Shown: in pieces, positions 1 through 10,287 of the stretch
Layout: each line of letters opens with the position of its first letter
How positions within the stretch are numbered: position 1 is the stretch's first letter
Origin: a virus
DNA length: 64,000 nt
Strand: one strand, 5' to 3'
Virus record (IMG/VR): IMGVR_UViG_3300024327_000544
Program-made: the position numbers and the translations under genes
The notes under the pieces: generated by a model
What the model was told of the DNA's origin: nothing
The model's database searches: none
The model's input: the letters and a program-made list of their open reading frames with translations, nothing else

Positions 1-972
1 CTTATTTAATCTCCTGTCCAATTTATCCGCGATTAACTCTTTCGTATGTTCAGGTAAATTTTGAATACATAGGTATGATGGTCCCAATGTTAAATCTAAA
101 GCGTGATCTTTTCCTTCCATGCCAAAGTGAATCGGAAGATCTACCCAATGAATTAAATCATTTAAACCCAATACAGAAAAATTATGGACAACAGAATTAT
201 ATGCGACATTAGTAGGAAAGTTCATCCATCGACCTTTATTGATCTCAAACTTCTTCATATTTAAACCGCGGCGATTCCATTCACCCAGCTTACCTATAGA
301 ATCTATACTTAATACTATAGTAATCTTTTTAAATAATCGTAAATACTCTTGCCATTCTTTATTTGGAAAGATGGAATTATTTGTATTAATAAACAGTTCA
401 ACATTTTGAATAATATTTCGTTCTTTTAGTACTTCAAAGATATTTAAAAATCGGGGTTCTATTAAGGGCTCGCCTCCAAGGATTCTCAATAATACTAAAC
501 TATCTAAATTAACCCCAACCATATCATCAGGAGAAGTTAAATGTCTTCGAGGTGATAGCTGACCAGTTTTATCTACTCCTAATTCATTTAATGCTTTATC
601 ATCTTTATACCACTTATTACTAAAATGGCTATTACACGCTATACATTGAAAATTACATTTATTACTTAAACATAATTCTAATTCTCTTATTGCCGGTTCT
701 GTAATATTTGCATATTTTGTATTCCAATAATCGCGATGACTTGGATTACCATTTTCAGCATCTACCTTACATTCAATACACCCTTTAATGTCTTCATCAT
801 TGCACATTCGCATACGAAAATCATTATAATCAGATCCATTAAAAAATTCTTGAATATTTCTATGAGTAGATCCTATTTTAACATCTTTAAGGCGTATAAA
901 ATAAGAAGAACAAGGCATTACAGAACCATCTTCATCTTGTCTAATTGTAACCCACGGTGCCAAGCATTTCAT
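1..972 (-). CDS. Radical SAM protein with N-terminal SPASM/twitch-like region, truncated by the window edge (not in ORF track)
   Basis: Manual translation from ATG at 972: MKCLAPW..VMPCS..GCIECK..ELCLSNKCNFQCIAC (CxxxCxxC)..LRILGGEP. The frame stays open to position 1. Confidence 0.85.
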   Translation of the reverse strand, partial: MKCLAPWVTIRQDEDGSVMPCSSYFIRLKDVKIGSTHRNIQEFFNGSDYNDFRMRMCNDEDIKGCIECKVDAENGNPSHRDYWNTKYANITEPAIRELELCLSNKCNFQCIACNSHFSNKWYKDDKALNELGVDKTGQLSPRRHLTSPDDMVGVNLDSLVLLRILGGEPLIEPRFLNIFEVLKERNIIQNVELFINTNNSIFPNKEWQEYLRLFKKITIVLSIDSIGKLGEWNRRGLNMKKFEINKGRWMNFPTNVAYNSVVHNFSVLGLNDLIHWVDLPIHFGMEGKDHALDLTLGPSYLCIQNLPEHTKELIADKLDRRLNK

Positions 973-981
973 ATATAATTA

Positions 982-1203
982 TTAATCATTTGTCAAATTC
1001 GGTTCGCCTCTTGGATAATATTTAAAAGGTTCGTCGTTTTTACATCCGCCCGCACTTTTTCTTTTGAGATATTCATAATCTACAAAAACTTTTCCTTCAT
1101 ATTCGCACTCTGCGAAAAACGGAGTCAATGGATAAGGCCAGTTATTTTCTTTTGAACAACCAATCATCAATAACATTACAACTAGTAATGCTATTTTAAC
1201 CAT
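982..1203 (-). CDS. Small predicted lipoprotein
   Basis: Basic-hydrophobic N-terminus ending in lipobox-like LMIG-C, with two further Cys in the mature part. Confidence 0.6.
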   Translation of the reverse strand: MVKIALLVVMLLMIGCSKENNWPYPLTPFFAECEYEGKVFVDYEYLKRKSAGGCKNDEPFKYYPRGEPNLTND

Positions 1204-1429
1204 AGGGTCTCTTTTCTGTATTTTTATGTGGTACTTCTTTTTCTACACATTGTCGATAAGGTCTAGTGTTATTTTGATTAGACCATCTAGTGCCTCTCTG
1301 ATGACCATCGGCGCCTACCCAATATCCATAACATCCTGCTTGTCTTACTGCTTCACATCCTACAACCATCCATGTTACCATAATAATGCAAACTAATACC
1401 TTTTGCATTTTTTTATCCTTTTTCTTCAT
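1196..1429 (-). CDS. Small predicted lipoprotein (start may be 1408)
   Basis: MQKVLVCIIMVTWMVVG-C lipobox, with two further Cys in the mature part. Confidence 0.6.
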   Translation of the reverse strand: MKKKDKKMQKVLVCIIMVTWMVVGCEAVRQAGCYGYWVGADGHQRGTRWSNQNNTRPYRQCVEKEVPHKNTEKRPYG

Positions 1430-1448
1430 TTGAGTTTAGTGAATACAA

Positions 1449-1456
1449 TATTTATA
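1449..1456 (-). promoter_or_regulatory. T4-type late promoter TATAAATA
   Basis: Exact T4 late consensus in the short gap upstream of the two lipoprotein genes. Confidence 0.6.
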
Positions 1457-2197
1457 TTACCAATTCCCCATGGTGTTTGGGTCCGGACAGAAACGAAATT
1501 GCCTATCATATTCCTTATAATGATCTAAAGACCTTTCTGTTAAACTGCTTTCGAGTTTTATCATTTCTTGTAATCGATTAATTTTAGTGCTTCTAACAAT
1601 TGGATTAACACCTTTAGTTAATAACCAATCAAGCATAACATTTAATGAGATCGGCGGTGCTCCAAAAATAGATTTGCCTCTACAGATAGAAGAATAAGAC
1701 TGTGCTTCAATGTTGTGACGATTACATTCATTAACCAATTCATCATTCTGGCAAAATATATTTAATTCAAATTGATTTATATCAGGTGGTGTTTCACATA
1801 TATCTAATAATTTATGAAGATGTTTTATTGTAAAATTACAAACACCTATTTTTTCAACTCGGCCTTCATTTTTAAGATATTCAAATGCTCTCCATGTTTC
1901 TTTTAATTCTTTTAGTGGTAAAACAGGCCAATGTATTAAATATGTTGTTATACTTAAATGTTCACTGGATTTTTCAAACTCCTCAATAACATTTTCATAT
2001 CCCCATTTAAAATAATCTAATTTAGATTGGACTTGAAAGATGTCCTCAAGATCATTACCAACTTCTTTCTCATTTAAATATCCAGGTGCAGTATCAAAAG
2101 TATCAAAGCCAGCTTTTACTGCATTTTTAATTCCAGTACCTTTACCCTTTAAAGCGTGGCCATCATCGGCCCATTTTTCAACTGTTCCGAATATCAT
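1457..2197 (-). CDS. Aldo/keto reductase
   Basis: FDTA..Y.NE, SKL, YLIHWP, IGVCNF and NQFE motifs. The catalytic D/Y/K/H tetrad is present. Confidence 0.9.
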   Translation of the reverse strand: MIFGTVEKWADDGHALKGKGTGIKNAVKAGFDTFDTAPGYLNEKEVGNDLEDIFQVQSKLDYFKWGYENVIEEFEKSSEHLSITTYLIHWPVLPLKELKETWRAFEYLKNEGRVEKIGVCNFTIKHLHKLLDICETPPDINQFELNIFCQNDELVNECNRHNIEAQSYSSICRGKSIFGAPPISLNVMLDWLLTKGVNPIVRSTKINRLQEMIKLESSLTERSLDHYKEYDRQFRFCPDPNTMGNW

Positions 2198-3261
2198 ATA
2201 TTATACATTATAATGGGTGGAACATTATCAGTCATTTTACTCATATCCTCTAAGGCATATTCAGAAGGCTCAGCATGCATATATTCATTTTCAAATTCTG
2301 GTAAAAAATCTAATAACGATTTATTATATTGAATATCGCGTGCCTTTAAAAAACTCATGGCTGATTTAAATTTATCTAAATCTGGAAAAGCTTCTTTAAA
2401 AGATTTCGTTAACTGGTTACTTTTACTATATTGAAGCTTATATGGTATGGGTAAATTTATAGCATCTAAAATACTGGGTACCATCAATCTATTAACCGAA
2501 GTTAACTTTTTTCCAAATTCATCAGACACATAATTTTTAATATCATTTAAATACCTATAATTCATCATTTGCATAGTACACATAAAATCTATATCAAAGT
2601 ATTCTGCATATTTTTTTATATTTAAATGTTTTTTAGTAAAATTGGAACCTTGGCGAATATAATCATCTAATTGTCCAACACCATCTATTGAAACTATAAA
2701 TTTAATTTTCTTCTTAGTTAATTTATACAACCATTTGGGAAAAGTAGTAGCATTAGTTATAAGTACAAATTCTGCATCAAGATTAAATAGAACATCTTTT
2801 ACACTTTTCATTAATAGTGCTTCGCCACCTATAAACCCAATTTTTTTAATATCTCTGAACTCATCAATATTATAATTCCAATTATCTATTAACGGTCCAT
2901 ACTTAGAAGACCTCTCAGGACCGCAACCAGCACATCGGAGATTGCATCGATTGCCAATTTGATTTAAATTAATATGAGTTAATTCTTCTTTGGGGGGTTT
3001 AATAAAAGGAATTCTAGGAGACGTTTCATTAGAATTTTCTAATTTTATACAAAACCGACACATGTCTTGTATATCAGAAGAAAATATACCATTAGCCATA
3101 TCTGATCGAATATTTTTCAATAAAGAACTATTAAAAAAACTATTCGGAGATGAATTATGATATTTTGGATATACCTTAGACCAAGAACAAGTTTGATAGT
3201 CCCCTTCCATGGTCATATTTAACATGCTATATGGAAATTCACATGTAAAGTTTTTAGTCAT
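2194..3261 (-). CDS. Radical SAM protein with N-terminal SPASM/twitch-like region
   Basis: CEFPY..TCS..CRFC, followed by CNLRCAGC, GGEAL, ITNAT and VSIDG. Confidence 0.85.
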   Translation of the reverse strand: MTKNFTCEFPYSMLNMTMEGDYQTCSWSKVYPKYHNSSPNSFFNSSLLKNIRSDMANGIFSSDIQDMCRFCIKLENSNETSPRIPFIKPPKEELTHINLNQIGNRCNLRCAGCGPERSSKYGPLIDNWNYNIDEFRDIKKIGFIGGEALLMKSVKDVLFNLDAEFVLITNATTFPKWLYKLTKKKIKFIVSIDGVGQLDDYIRQGSNFTKKHLNIKKYAEYFDIDFMCTMQMMNYRYLNDIKNYVSDEFGKKLTSVNRLMVPSILDAINLPIPYKLQYSKSNQLTKSFKEAFPDLDKFKSAMSFLKARDIQYNKSLLDFLPEFENEYMHAEPSEYALEDMSKMTDNVPPIIMYNI

Positions 3262-3262
3262 A

Positions 3263-4126
3263 TTAATCGGGGACAGCTATCCTATATGTCATGCCCCATT
3301 TATCAAATGATGTGTTTGTTGTAATAGAATATCCTAAGCTGGTTACAAATTCGTCAATCGTTTCTGGAGTCTGTATTGTCTCGCGATCTGCCTTACTAAT
3401 ACCTCCGGCACTTTCATCAAAATTACAAGTATCTGATTGATGACCGTAATAACTCATTTCAGCTTCATATGCTTGATATATTATAACAGGTCTGCATGCT
3501 GCTATGGTATCAATAGCACCCATAATAGCAAGATATTCACTACCATTAGTATGCAAATTAATTAAATCAACATCGGTAAAACTGTATTCATCAATTTCTT
3601 TCATTGTAATATCTGAAGACCTATCAGTTTCTGCGGAAAACACTGCCTCAACCGTTGGTCTATCGGCTCTGACAAATCTGGAAGAACTATAGTCGGCAGC
3701 ATCAGTTAATTCCATGATACCAACTTCACCCTGTTTGACCTGTGCCCCATCTTTCAAAAATATTTCTACGACATATTCTTTACCATCCGACAGAGTAACA
3801 GTCTTACTAGTCCGATGTGAAATAATAACATTATGTAAGGTTATGCCGGTTTTACTTTCCGTATTTTTGTTAATGCATTCACAATTATCGGCAGAAAGCT
3901 CAAATGAATAAACTGCATTAAAATTATCACTCAAAACCGATGTCCAGGCCCCAGTATATGCTCCAATGTCTATTGAGACTCTTGTATTAGATAAACTTAA
4001 ATCATTTAATATTTTCTGATGAAAACTGAAAGACGCATCGTTAGTTCCAATGGGAAAATCATCAGCTAGTTTATCTCTGAGTGCTGTATCGCTTTCGTTT
4101 CTATACCATCCGTTATCTTGTATCAT
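3263..4126 (-). CDS. FkbM-like SAM-dependent methyltransferase (divergent)
   Basis: IDIGAYTGAW..VYSFE SAM-binding motif. The usual KIDVEG motif is replaced by NLHTNG. Confidence 0.65.
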   Translation of the reverse strand: MIQDNGWYRNESDTALRDKLADDFPIGTNDASFSFHQKILNDLSLSNTRVSIDIGAYTGAWTSVLSDNFNAVYSFELSADNCECINKNTESKTGITLHNVIISHRTSKTVTLSDGKEYVVEIFLKDGAQVKQGEVGIMELTDAADYSSSRFVRADRPTVEAVFSAETDRSSDITMKEIDEYSFTDVDLINLHTNGSEYLAIMGAIDTIAACRPVIIYQAYEAEMSYYGHQSDTCNFDESAGGISKADRETIQTPETIDEFVTSLGYSITTNTSFDKWGMTYRIAVPD

Positions 4127-4142
4127 TTAACTACCCTTTTAT

Positions 4143-5222
4143 TTAATAAGAATTGAACGCTGGGAATCTTGCATCGTTAAATCCTAAAATATCGTTCATC
4201 TCATTAATTTCTTTTATATATTGTGATTTCCATGGTTCTTTTAAATATAGACTATCAACTCTTTGTATATATCTTAAATTATGTTGAATCCTATATCCTA
4301 ATCTACCCTTAGATAAATCGCCTTGGCGCCTATGTAGAGAAATCGCATTATCAAAAAAACATAAATCTCTAGAAGTATACCAATGATCGTAAATATATTT
4401 ATCTACTAATAATGTTTCATTTATACTATCGGTTATTTTTTTAAACTCTGAATCAGTTGCACCTTTAATTCCGGAAACGGTACTGGTAATAGTATAATGT
4501 AAACCTTTTATTCCACCTGGGGATTGCATAACCATAGGCAATTCACATCTTTCAGGACACATATTATTTTTAATTATTACTTGTTGTTCATCTTCAGATA
4601 ATTCAGGAGTAAATCTATTTTTAGTAAAATCATGAACAAGAATCATATCATCGAGCTCACTTCTGAAAGATTCTGTTTGTTCTTCATACCAATCGGTCGT
4701 TGTCAAAAATCCAGTAGAAGATCCCACGACATCTGCAAATCCATAAAAAGCTACGCTGGGTGCAAATAAAAAATTACCAGATTCATTAGCATGCCAAAGC
4801 AGTTCTCCGTCGGGAAACATTCCTGTAAAATCACCATTCTCATCTCTTCTAGATGTTACTCTAACTGCTGCAGCTTTTTCTGGATCTATATCAGTAGCCT
4901 TAACCTTATCCACTGCCCTGAACCATTGCTTCTCTTCATCAGTTAAATCTAATTCTGCCATATTATCAGCAAATTGAAAAACATCTGTGAACCCATATTT
5001 TTTGGTAATGTTAACCAAAAAAGTACTAGTGCCATCACCCCATTTTAGGGTTAGCTCTTCGAATTGTGCTAAAGTAAAATCACAATCGCGTATTATAACT
5101 ACTAAATTATCCAAATATAAAGTAGCAATCTCATTCCATAATTCAGGAGTAATATCTTTATAATGTAGATCGTCTATGAATAGACCAAATCTTCCTAATC
5201 CGGGTATTTTACTTGTTTTCAT
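4143..5222 (-). CDS. TauD/TfdA-family Fe(II)/2OG dioxygenase
   Basis: LVVIIRD N-terminus, LLWHANE, DWYE, HDF, and FDNAISLHRR..RLGYR C-terminal motif. Confidence 0.8.
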   Translation of the reverse strand: MKTSKIPGLGRFGLFIDDLHYKDITPELWNEIATLYLDNLVVIIRDCDFTLAQFEELTLKWGDGTSTFLVNITKKYGFTDVFQFADNMAELDLTDEEKQWFRAVDKVKATDIDPEKAAAVRVTSRRDENGDFTGMFPDGELLWHANESGNFLFAPSVAFYGFADVVGSSTGFLTTTDWYEEQTESFRSELDDMILVHDFTKNRFTPELSEDEQQVIIKNNMCPERCELPMVMQSPGGIKGLHYTITSTVSGIKGATDSEFKKITDSINETLLVDKYIYDHWYTSRDLCFFDNAISLHRRQGDLSKGRLGYRIQHNLRYIQRVDSLYLKEPWKSQYIKEINEMNDILGFNDARFPAFNSY

Positions 5223-6247
5223 ATATTGCTTTGAAATTGAGTTGTGTGGCTCATAATAGTGTTTGTTGTGTCGTCTATTTCATCTGGAGATATAAACTTT
5301 GATTCTAAGTGGGACCAATATCGTTGATAATCTGTGCTGTCCCAATCCTCATATATGTCATCCCACGTATGTTCGGTCATATGAGGTATAAAAAAATAAT
5401 CTGCTATAGGATCAGATGTGGGTATAAATCTATAATCAGCGGATAGTCTTAAATGATTCGTTGTATTGGTTGTACTAAAATGAGTAGACAAACAATTAAA
5501 GAATAATACATCACCACTTTCAAAATCGCTAGCCAACCATTCATGATCATCTTTATTTAGTTTATAAGTTATCTGATTGGATTGGTCATAAAATCTATCT
5601 TCATTTGGAACAATGCCTATATTTAAATGACTATTCTTCGCAGTTACTATAACACCCTTATCCATAGGAATATCGCCTAATGGGACCCATGCAGTCCACA
5701 TATTTTTCGCAACTCCGGAATACCAAAAATCCTGATGTAATTTAGAAAATTCACCATTATTTTTAAAAAATCTAAAAAGTGCTCTGGGTAATAAAACATA
5801 TTCTTCGCCATACATATGAGAAAATAATTTAAGTACAGCAGGTTCTTTATGTAAATATTCATTAAAAGATTGTAATTTAACACACTTATCCCAAAATACA
5901 TGAGGGCCGGAACCGGAATTAACATCTATGTCATCTCGTAAAATATCATCTTTTATTAATAAATTTTGTTCATCACATATACGCAAAACATCATTCCTTA
6001 AAGACATATTTCTTTCTACATCCACTGCTCCTTTTATATATAAGTAACCATCTGACTTAGCTCTTTTTTTAATCTCGTCATAATCACCATCATGAAATGC
6101 CTCACTTGAATCTGTATATGGAGTTATATCATAATCTTTAATCTCACCAGACCAATCATTATGAACAGTTGCATATAAACCGTGCATTACAGCACTGTCC
6201 GTAGCATTATGTTGAATTCGTTTTTCTACGTCCTGTTGATTACTCAT
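5219..6247 (-). CDS. Phytanoyl-CoA dioxygenase (PhyH) family oxygenase
   Basis: DGYLYIK, HQD, TAWVPLGD, GDVLFF..H..TTN..RLSADYRF. Confidence 0.88.
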   Translation of the reverse strand: MSNQQDVEKRIQHNATDSAVMHGLYATVHNDWSGEIKDYDITPYTDSSEAFHDGDYDEIKKRAKSDGYLYIKGAVDVERNMSLRNDVLRICDEQNLLIKDDILRDDIDVNSGSGPHVFWDKCVKLQSFNEYLHKEPAVLKLFSHMYGEEYVLLPRALFRFFKNNGEFSKLHQDFWYSGVAKNMWTAWVPLGDIPMDKGVIVTAKNSHLNIGIVPNEDRFYDQSNQITYKLNKDDHEWLASDFESGDVLFFNCLSTHFSTTNTTNHLRLSADYRFIPTSDPIADYFFIPHMTEHTWDDIYEDWDSTDYQRYWSHLESKFISPDEIDDTTNTIMSHTTQFQSNI

Positions 6248-8067
6248 GGAGCTCCTCCTAATTCAACTTCGCTCCCATCAATTATATTTTGTGTTACATC
6301 TCGATAATAAAAATCCGAATCATCTTTTCTTTTTATCATTTCAATCGTCTCCGTGAATTGTTCATCATTTAAATCATTTTTGCACGCATCAGAAATAAAT
6401 GTTGTGATATCATGAAAGAAAAACTCATGATGTTCCTGGAAAAATTTAATATCTTGAAATTTTTGAGATTTCATATCATATGCAAAATAACTTTTATTTA
6501 CTAAAGACTCTAATTCAGAATATCTTTCATTTATGATTCCATAAGAATTGAGAATATATGTTTGCATTTTCTTAAAAACATTAACTATCGGAATATTAAG
6601 ACATTTACTTATATAACTTACAATATCTTTTAAAACAATGTGATACCAAAAACATTCTATTATCCAATAAAACATCCAACACTTAATAACATTAGATTCT
6701 GACATTGAAAAGGTTTCTACTATTATATCAGCATATTCCAAATGTTCATTTTTATATTTGTCTAAACTGGTATATATACGTCTATCAGAAAAATCCTTAC
6801 TTACAAAATAATTGTACGGCATATTTCTAACTTTGATTTTATATTTTTTTTGATATTCAGCCGTACCAAATTCGGAATTAGGAAGAACCATGGCCGGATA
6901 TATCATTCCATCAGACGAATCATTTTGTAAAAAATATTCCCAATCAGCAACAAAACTATCATATGTCATTCCCGGTAAAGGAATTATAAGTTCAACTTCA
7001 AAAGGTACATCATTTTGCTTTTGATTATCTACTATTAGATCTAGATCAGTTATGCTTAAATTATCACGTCTAATATTAGTTAATGTATCATGATCAAAAC
7101 TTTGTATAGCTACTCTAGGAGATGGTGTTTTATTATCAGGTAATGCCTCCCTGATCAATCTCTGAATTTCAGCGACGCCATTTCTTTTCGGAGGTGTCTT
7201 GGCATACCCTAATGTAGGAAAAAATTCAGGATAGCCTTCTTTTTTGTAAGTATCCACTAAATGTTGTACGAGTTCAACATCTCTTTTTTTAAATATACCA
7301 AAATTTGCATCGGATATCCACATTGCAAACATTTTTTTATCTGCAATGTATGTAATTTCATCCTTACATCTATTTATATCAAATATTTTAACTTTTTGAT
7401 AAGTTAACCCACCCCAATCACAAAAAGAACATCTAAAGGGACACCCCCTATTAGATTCCCATGTAGCATGGAATTTTACATCAGGATACTCTTTCATTAT
7501 TTTTTCAAAAAACCCAGTAAGATAGGGACTTGGTATTACATCAAGATCTTTCATTCTAGGATGCTTCGGTGTTCTCAGGATACCATTAGTATCATTTAAT
7601 ATGATTCCATTTATTTTAGAATAGTCTGGATTATCATTAATTCCTTCTAATAAAATATTTTCAAAAATTTCTTCGCCTTCATTTACAGCAGCAATATCAA
7701 TATATGGCCGATCTTTAAACCATTCATCCTGTTTAACTGGTATATGAGGGCCACCAACAACAATAAGACAATTAGGATATTTTTCTTTAATCTTTTCTGC
7801 TATAATACATTGAAAGCTAGTATTCCAAACATAACAACAAAATGCCACTATGTCTGGTTGATCTAGTTTATTCAATACATCATCTAAAGGGTCCCTCATC
7901 ACAATAGTGTCTTTAAGAACGTAATTATCTTTAATCAATTCATTACGATGAGCATATTCCCATAATACGCCTGCCGTGTAGGGTAAAAATGCCCATTCAC
8001 ATTTTGACATCCCCCCTATAGTTTCGTCAGCTGGGGTTATTTGACACATGTATATATTTTTGCTCAT
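6244..8067 (-). CDS. Cobalamin-binding radical SAM protein (class B methyltransferase-like)
   Basis: DIVAFCCYVWN..VVGGPH B12 domain, then PSPY and SNRGCPFRCSFCDWG. Confidence 0.9.
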   Translation of the reverse strand: MSKNIYMCQITPADETIGGMSKCEWAFLPYTAGVLWEYAHRNELIKDNYVLKDTIVMRDPLDDVLNKLDQPDIVAFCCYVWNTSFQCIIAEKIKEKYPNCLIVVGGPHIPVKQDEWFKDRPYIDIAAVNEGEEIFENILLEGINDNPDYSKINGIILNDTNGILRTPKHPRMKDLDVIPSPYLTGFFEKIMKEYPDVKFHATWESNRGCPFRCSFCDWGGLTYQKVKIFDINRCKDEITYIADKKMFAMWISDANFGIFKKRDVELVQHLVDTYKKEGYPEFFPTLGYAKTPPKRNGVAEIQRLIREALPDNKTPSPRVAIQSFDHDTLTNIRRDNLSITDLDLIVDNQKQNDVPFEVELIIPLPGMTYDSFVADWEYFLQNDSSDGMIYPAMVLPNSEFGTAEYQKKYKIKVRNMPYNYFVSKDFSDRRIYTSLDKYKNEHLEYADIIVETFSMSESNVIKCWMFYWIIECFWYHIVLKDIVSYISKCLNIPIVNVFKKMQTYILNSYGIINERYSELESLVNKSYFAYDMKSQKFQDIKFFQEHHEFFFHDITTFISDACKNDLNDEQFTETIEMIKRKDDSDFYYRDVTQNIIDGSEVELGGAP

Positions 8068-8990
8068 TTTAATGTATCATTGAAATCTATTTTTATAGTT
8101 GCATGATTTTCAGCAACAGCTCTGGATAACGATTCATCTTGAACAATATTTAAATTATATCTGTCCCAATAAAAACATTTTGATTTATCTTTAAAATTTG
8201 AATATATATCTTTCCATTCCAAATCTTTAGAATGTGTATCAAAAAATAAATCAAAAAATCTCTCATCTGTAGGTTGGTATCTAACGTCTAAGGTGCACCG
8301 GACTTTAGATGATATATTATGATTGTTTCCATGTTGAGTGAGGACATTGAACATTAAAAAGTCTCCTGCTTCAAAATTATCAGAAATCCATTCTTCAAAG
8401 TTAGTTGGGTGAAATCCAATCATCTGGTTTTCTTCAGAAAAATATCTTTTTTCTGGAGGTATAATCCCAAGTAATTGAGATTTAGGATATACTCTCATAG
8501 AACCCATATCTGATGACACATCACCAAAAGGAATCCACATTGTCCACAAATCATTCGACATTCCAGCATACCAATGATCTTGATGTGGTAATGTTGTCAA
8601 TCTGGGATTATTAGGAAAAATTGTCCTTTGAACTAATCTGGGTATAGGTATACAATCTTTGCCGGTAATTATTTTCATTACAGCATAAAACATATCTTGA
8701 TGCATATATGAATGCAAATCTTCCAAATAATTAATATCAGTAAAATATTCATCTGGACCCACACCGCCGGCATAAAACATATCTTGAAAATCTGTATTAA
8801 AATCCCCAGTTTCAGTAATATAATTATATTTTAATAAAACTTCGTCTATTTGATGTTTAACGTTTAAATTCTCTTCTACATCTAAACATTGTTTGAAAAA
8901 AAGATATCCATACTCATCTGCAAAATCTTTAATTTCTGAAATGTTTCCATTTTTCCAATGCTCACTGGAATCTATTAATCTTTCTACCAT
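8064..8990 (-). CDS. PhyH-family Fe(II)/2OG dioxygenase
   Basis: YGYLFFK, PHQD, TMWIPFGD, GDFLMF..QHG..RCTLDVRY. Confidence 0.88.
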   Translation of the reverse strand: MVERLIDSSEHWKNGNISEIKDFADEYGYLFFKQCLDVEENLNVKHQIDEVLLKYNYITETGDFNTDFQDMFYAGGVGPDEYFTDINYLEDLHSYMHQDMFYAVMKIITGKDCIPIPRLVQRTIFPNNPRLTTLPHQDHWYAGMSNDLWTMWIPFGDVSSDMGSMRVYPKSQLLGIIPPEKRYFSEENQMIGFHPTNFEEWISDNFEAGDFLMFNVLTQHGNNHNISSKVRCTLDVRYQPTDERFFDLFFDTHSKDLEWKDIYSNFKDKSKCFYWDRYNLNIVQDESLSRAVAENHATIKIDFNDTLK

Positions 8991-9679
8991 AAAACCTCCA
9001 ATGCACGCGGATTTAATGCTATAAAGAATTGATATACATCATCGGTAAAGGCTAACGCTTCGTGAGGCTTAATTGAATCGTGTAGATAAAGTCTACCCTG
9101 TTCTATATTATGCCTTCTTACCATTGTACCATTTTCTTCATAACGCAAAACCATGCCGTCGGGATTAGTGGTCCCCCATAACCTAATCCACTGTGTTGGG
9201 TGCCAAGTATCTATATGTTTTTTAAAATGTCCCAAATAATCCCATTTGAATATACAGCTTCTATACATATAAGGCAATATTTCACTTAATACAGATAGAC
9301 TGGAAATTTTTAATGCATCAGTTGGTTCCTTAAAATGTTTTTCATTTACAATACTATCCATATCAATTTTTCGAGAATTCCATTCTTTCCATTTAACCAG
9401 GTGGTCATCTGTCCATTCTTTATATTTGAATTGGGGATATTCTAATAAAAAGTTCCATCTATCTAATGGATAACACGCAGGATCATCTTTTTTAAAAATT
9501 CCATCTTCATTAATTAAAGGAACCGCATACCGTGGAAATTCTAAGTGAACATCTCCCCAAGGTATAAAATTAAACCTGGATATTTCCTTTACAAACAATT
9601 CACTATCTATTTTTAATTTCGTAGGAACTGCATTTTCGGTATGATATGTATAATATTCTTTCTCTGTTAAGACTTCCAT
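8984..9679 (-). CDS. Cupin-type oxygenase (Asp/Asn beta-hydroxylase-like)
   Basis: HID..H facial-triad pattern: FKKHIDTW, RLW and LYLHDSIKPHEA. Confidence 0.55.
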   Translation of the reverse strand: MEVLTEKEYYTYHTENAVPTKLKIDSELFVKEISRFNFIPWGDVHLEFPRYAVPLINEDGIFKKDDPACYPLDRWNFLLEYPQFKYKEWTDDHLVKWKEWNSRKIDMDSIVNEKHFKEPTDALKISSLSVLSEILPYMYRSCIFKWDYLGHFKKHIDTWHPTQWIRLWGTTNPDGMVLRYEENGTMVRRHNIEQGRLYLHDSIKPHEALAFTDDVYQFFIALNPRALEVLW

Positions 9680-10287
9680 GTATCCGCCTTTATCTGTTTT
9701 ATTCTACTCTCAAATTTTCCTGTACTAAGATCAAATGTATCACCTGTGCTTACACCATCAACAAATAAATTATCTTTGTATTCCAAATAATATGGAGATT
9801 CTTGAAAATCAAAAATATTATTATTTGATATCATTACAGGTGGTATACATTCTGTAGAACCATATATGTTCCAAACATTTTGTGCGCCTGTTGATTTCAT
9901 TAGTGATATATCTTCATCAGTAACTGGCGCAGAGCCTGTAGAAAAATTCCTAACAAATTCAAGATTAGGTTTTTTTCTTTTAACAAGGGTCCTCCATGTT
10001 CCAATTGCTAATGTAAGAATTGTAGGTTTAACTTCTTCTACAACATCCCAGAATTTCAAAGGTTCAAATTTAATATTTACTAAATTACAATGGGCAATTT
10101 TTGCAGGTATTATACAAAACGCCCAGCATGCAATAGTCCATGTTGGGAAAGGGTTTATAATAACATCATCGTATCCTATTCCCCATTTTTCAACTAACCA
10201 ATGACCGGCTTTATAAAAATCCTTTTCAGCATGTGTAACTAGTTTTTGTTTTCCTGTTGAACCACTAGTATATAAAGATATTTTCAT
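9667..10287 (-). CDS. Minimal AMP-binding (ANL superfamily) enzyme
   Basis: LYTSGSTGKQK P-loop, GSAP, IYGSTE and TGD motifs, in only 206 aa. Confidence 0.75.
   Translation of the reverse strand: MKISLYTSGSTGKQKLVTHAEKDFYKAGHWLVEKWGIGYDDVIINPFPTWTIACWAFCIIPAKIAHCNLVNIKFEPLKFWDVVEEVKPTILTLAIGTWRTLVKRKKPNLEFVRNFSTGSAPVTDEDISLMKSTGAQNVWNIYGSTECIPPVMISNNNIFDFQESPYYLEYKDNLFVDGVSTGDTFDLSTGKFESRIKQIKADTWKS

Noticed and set aside
5219-8990. PhyH enzymes as Fe/2OG halogenases
   Set aside because: Both retain the H-Q-D carboxylate ligand typical of hydroxylases.
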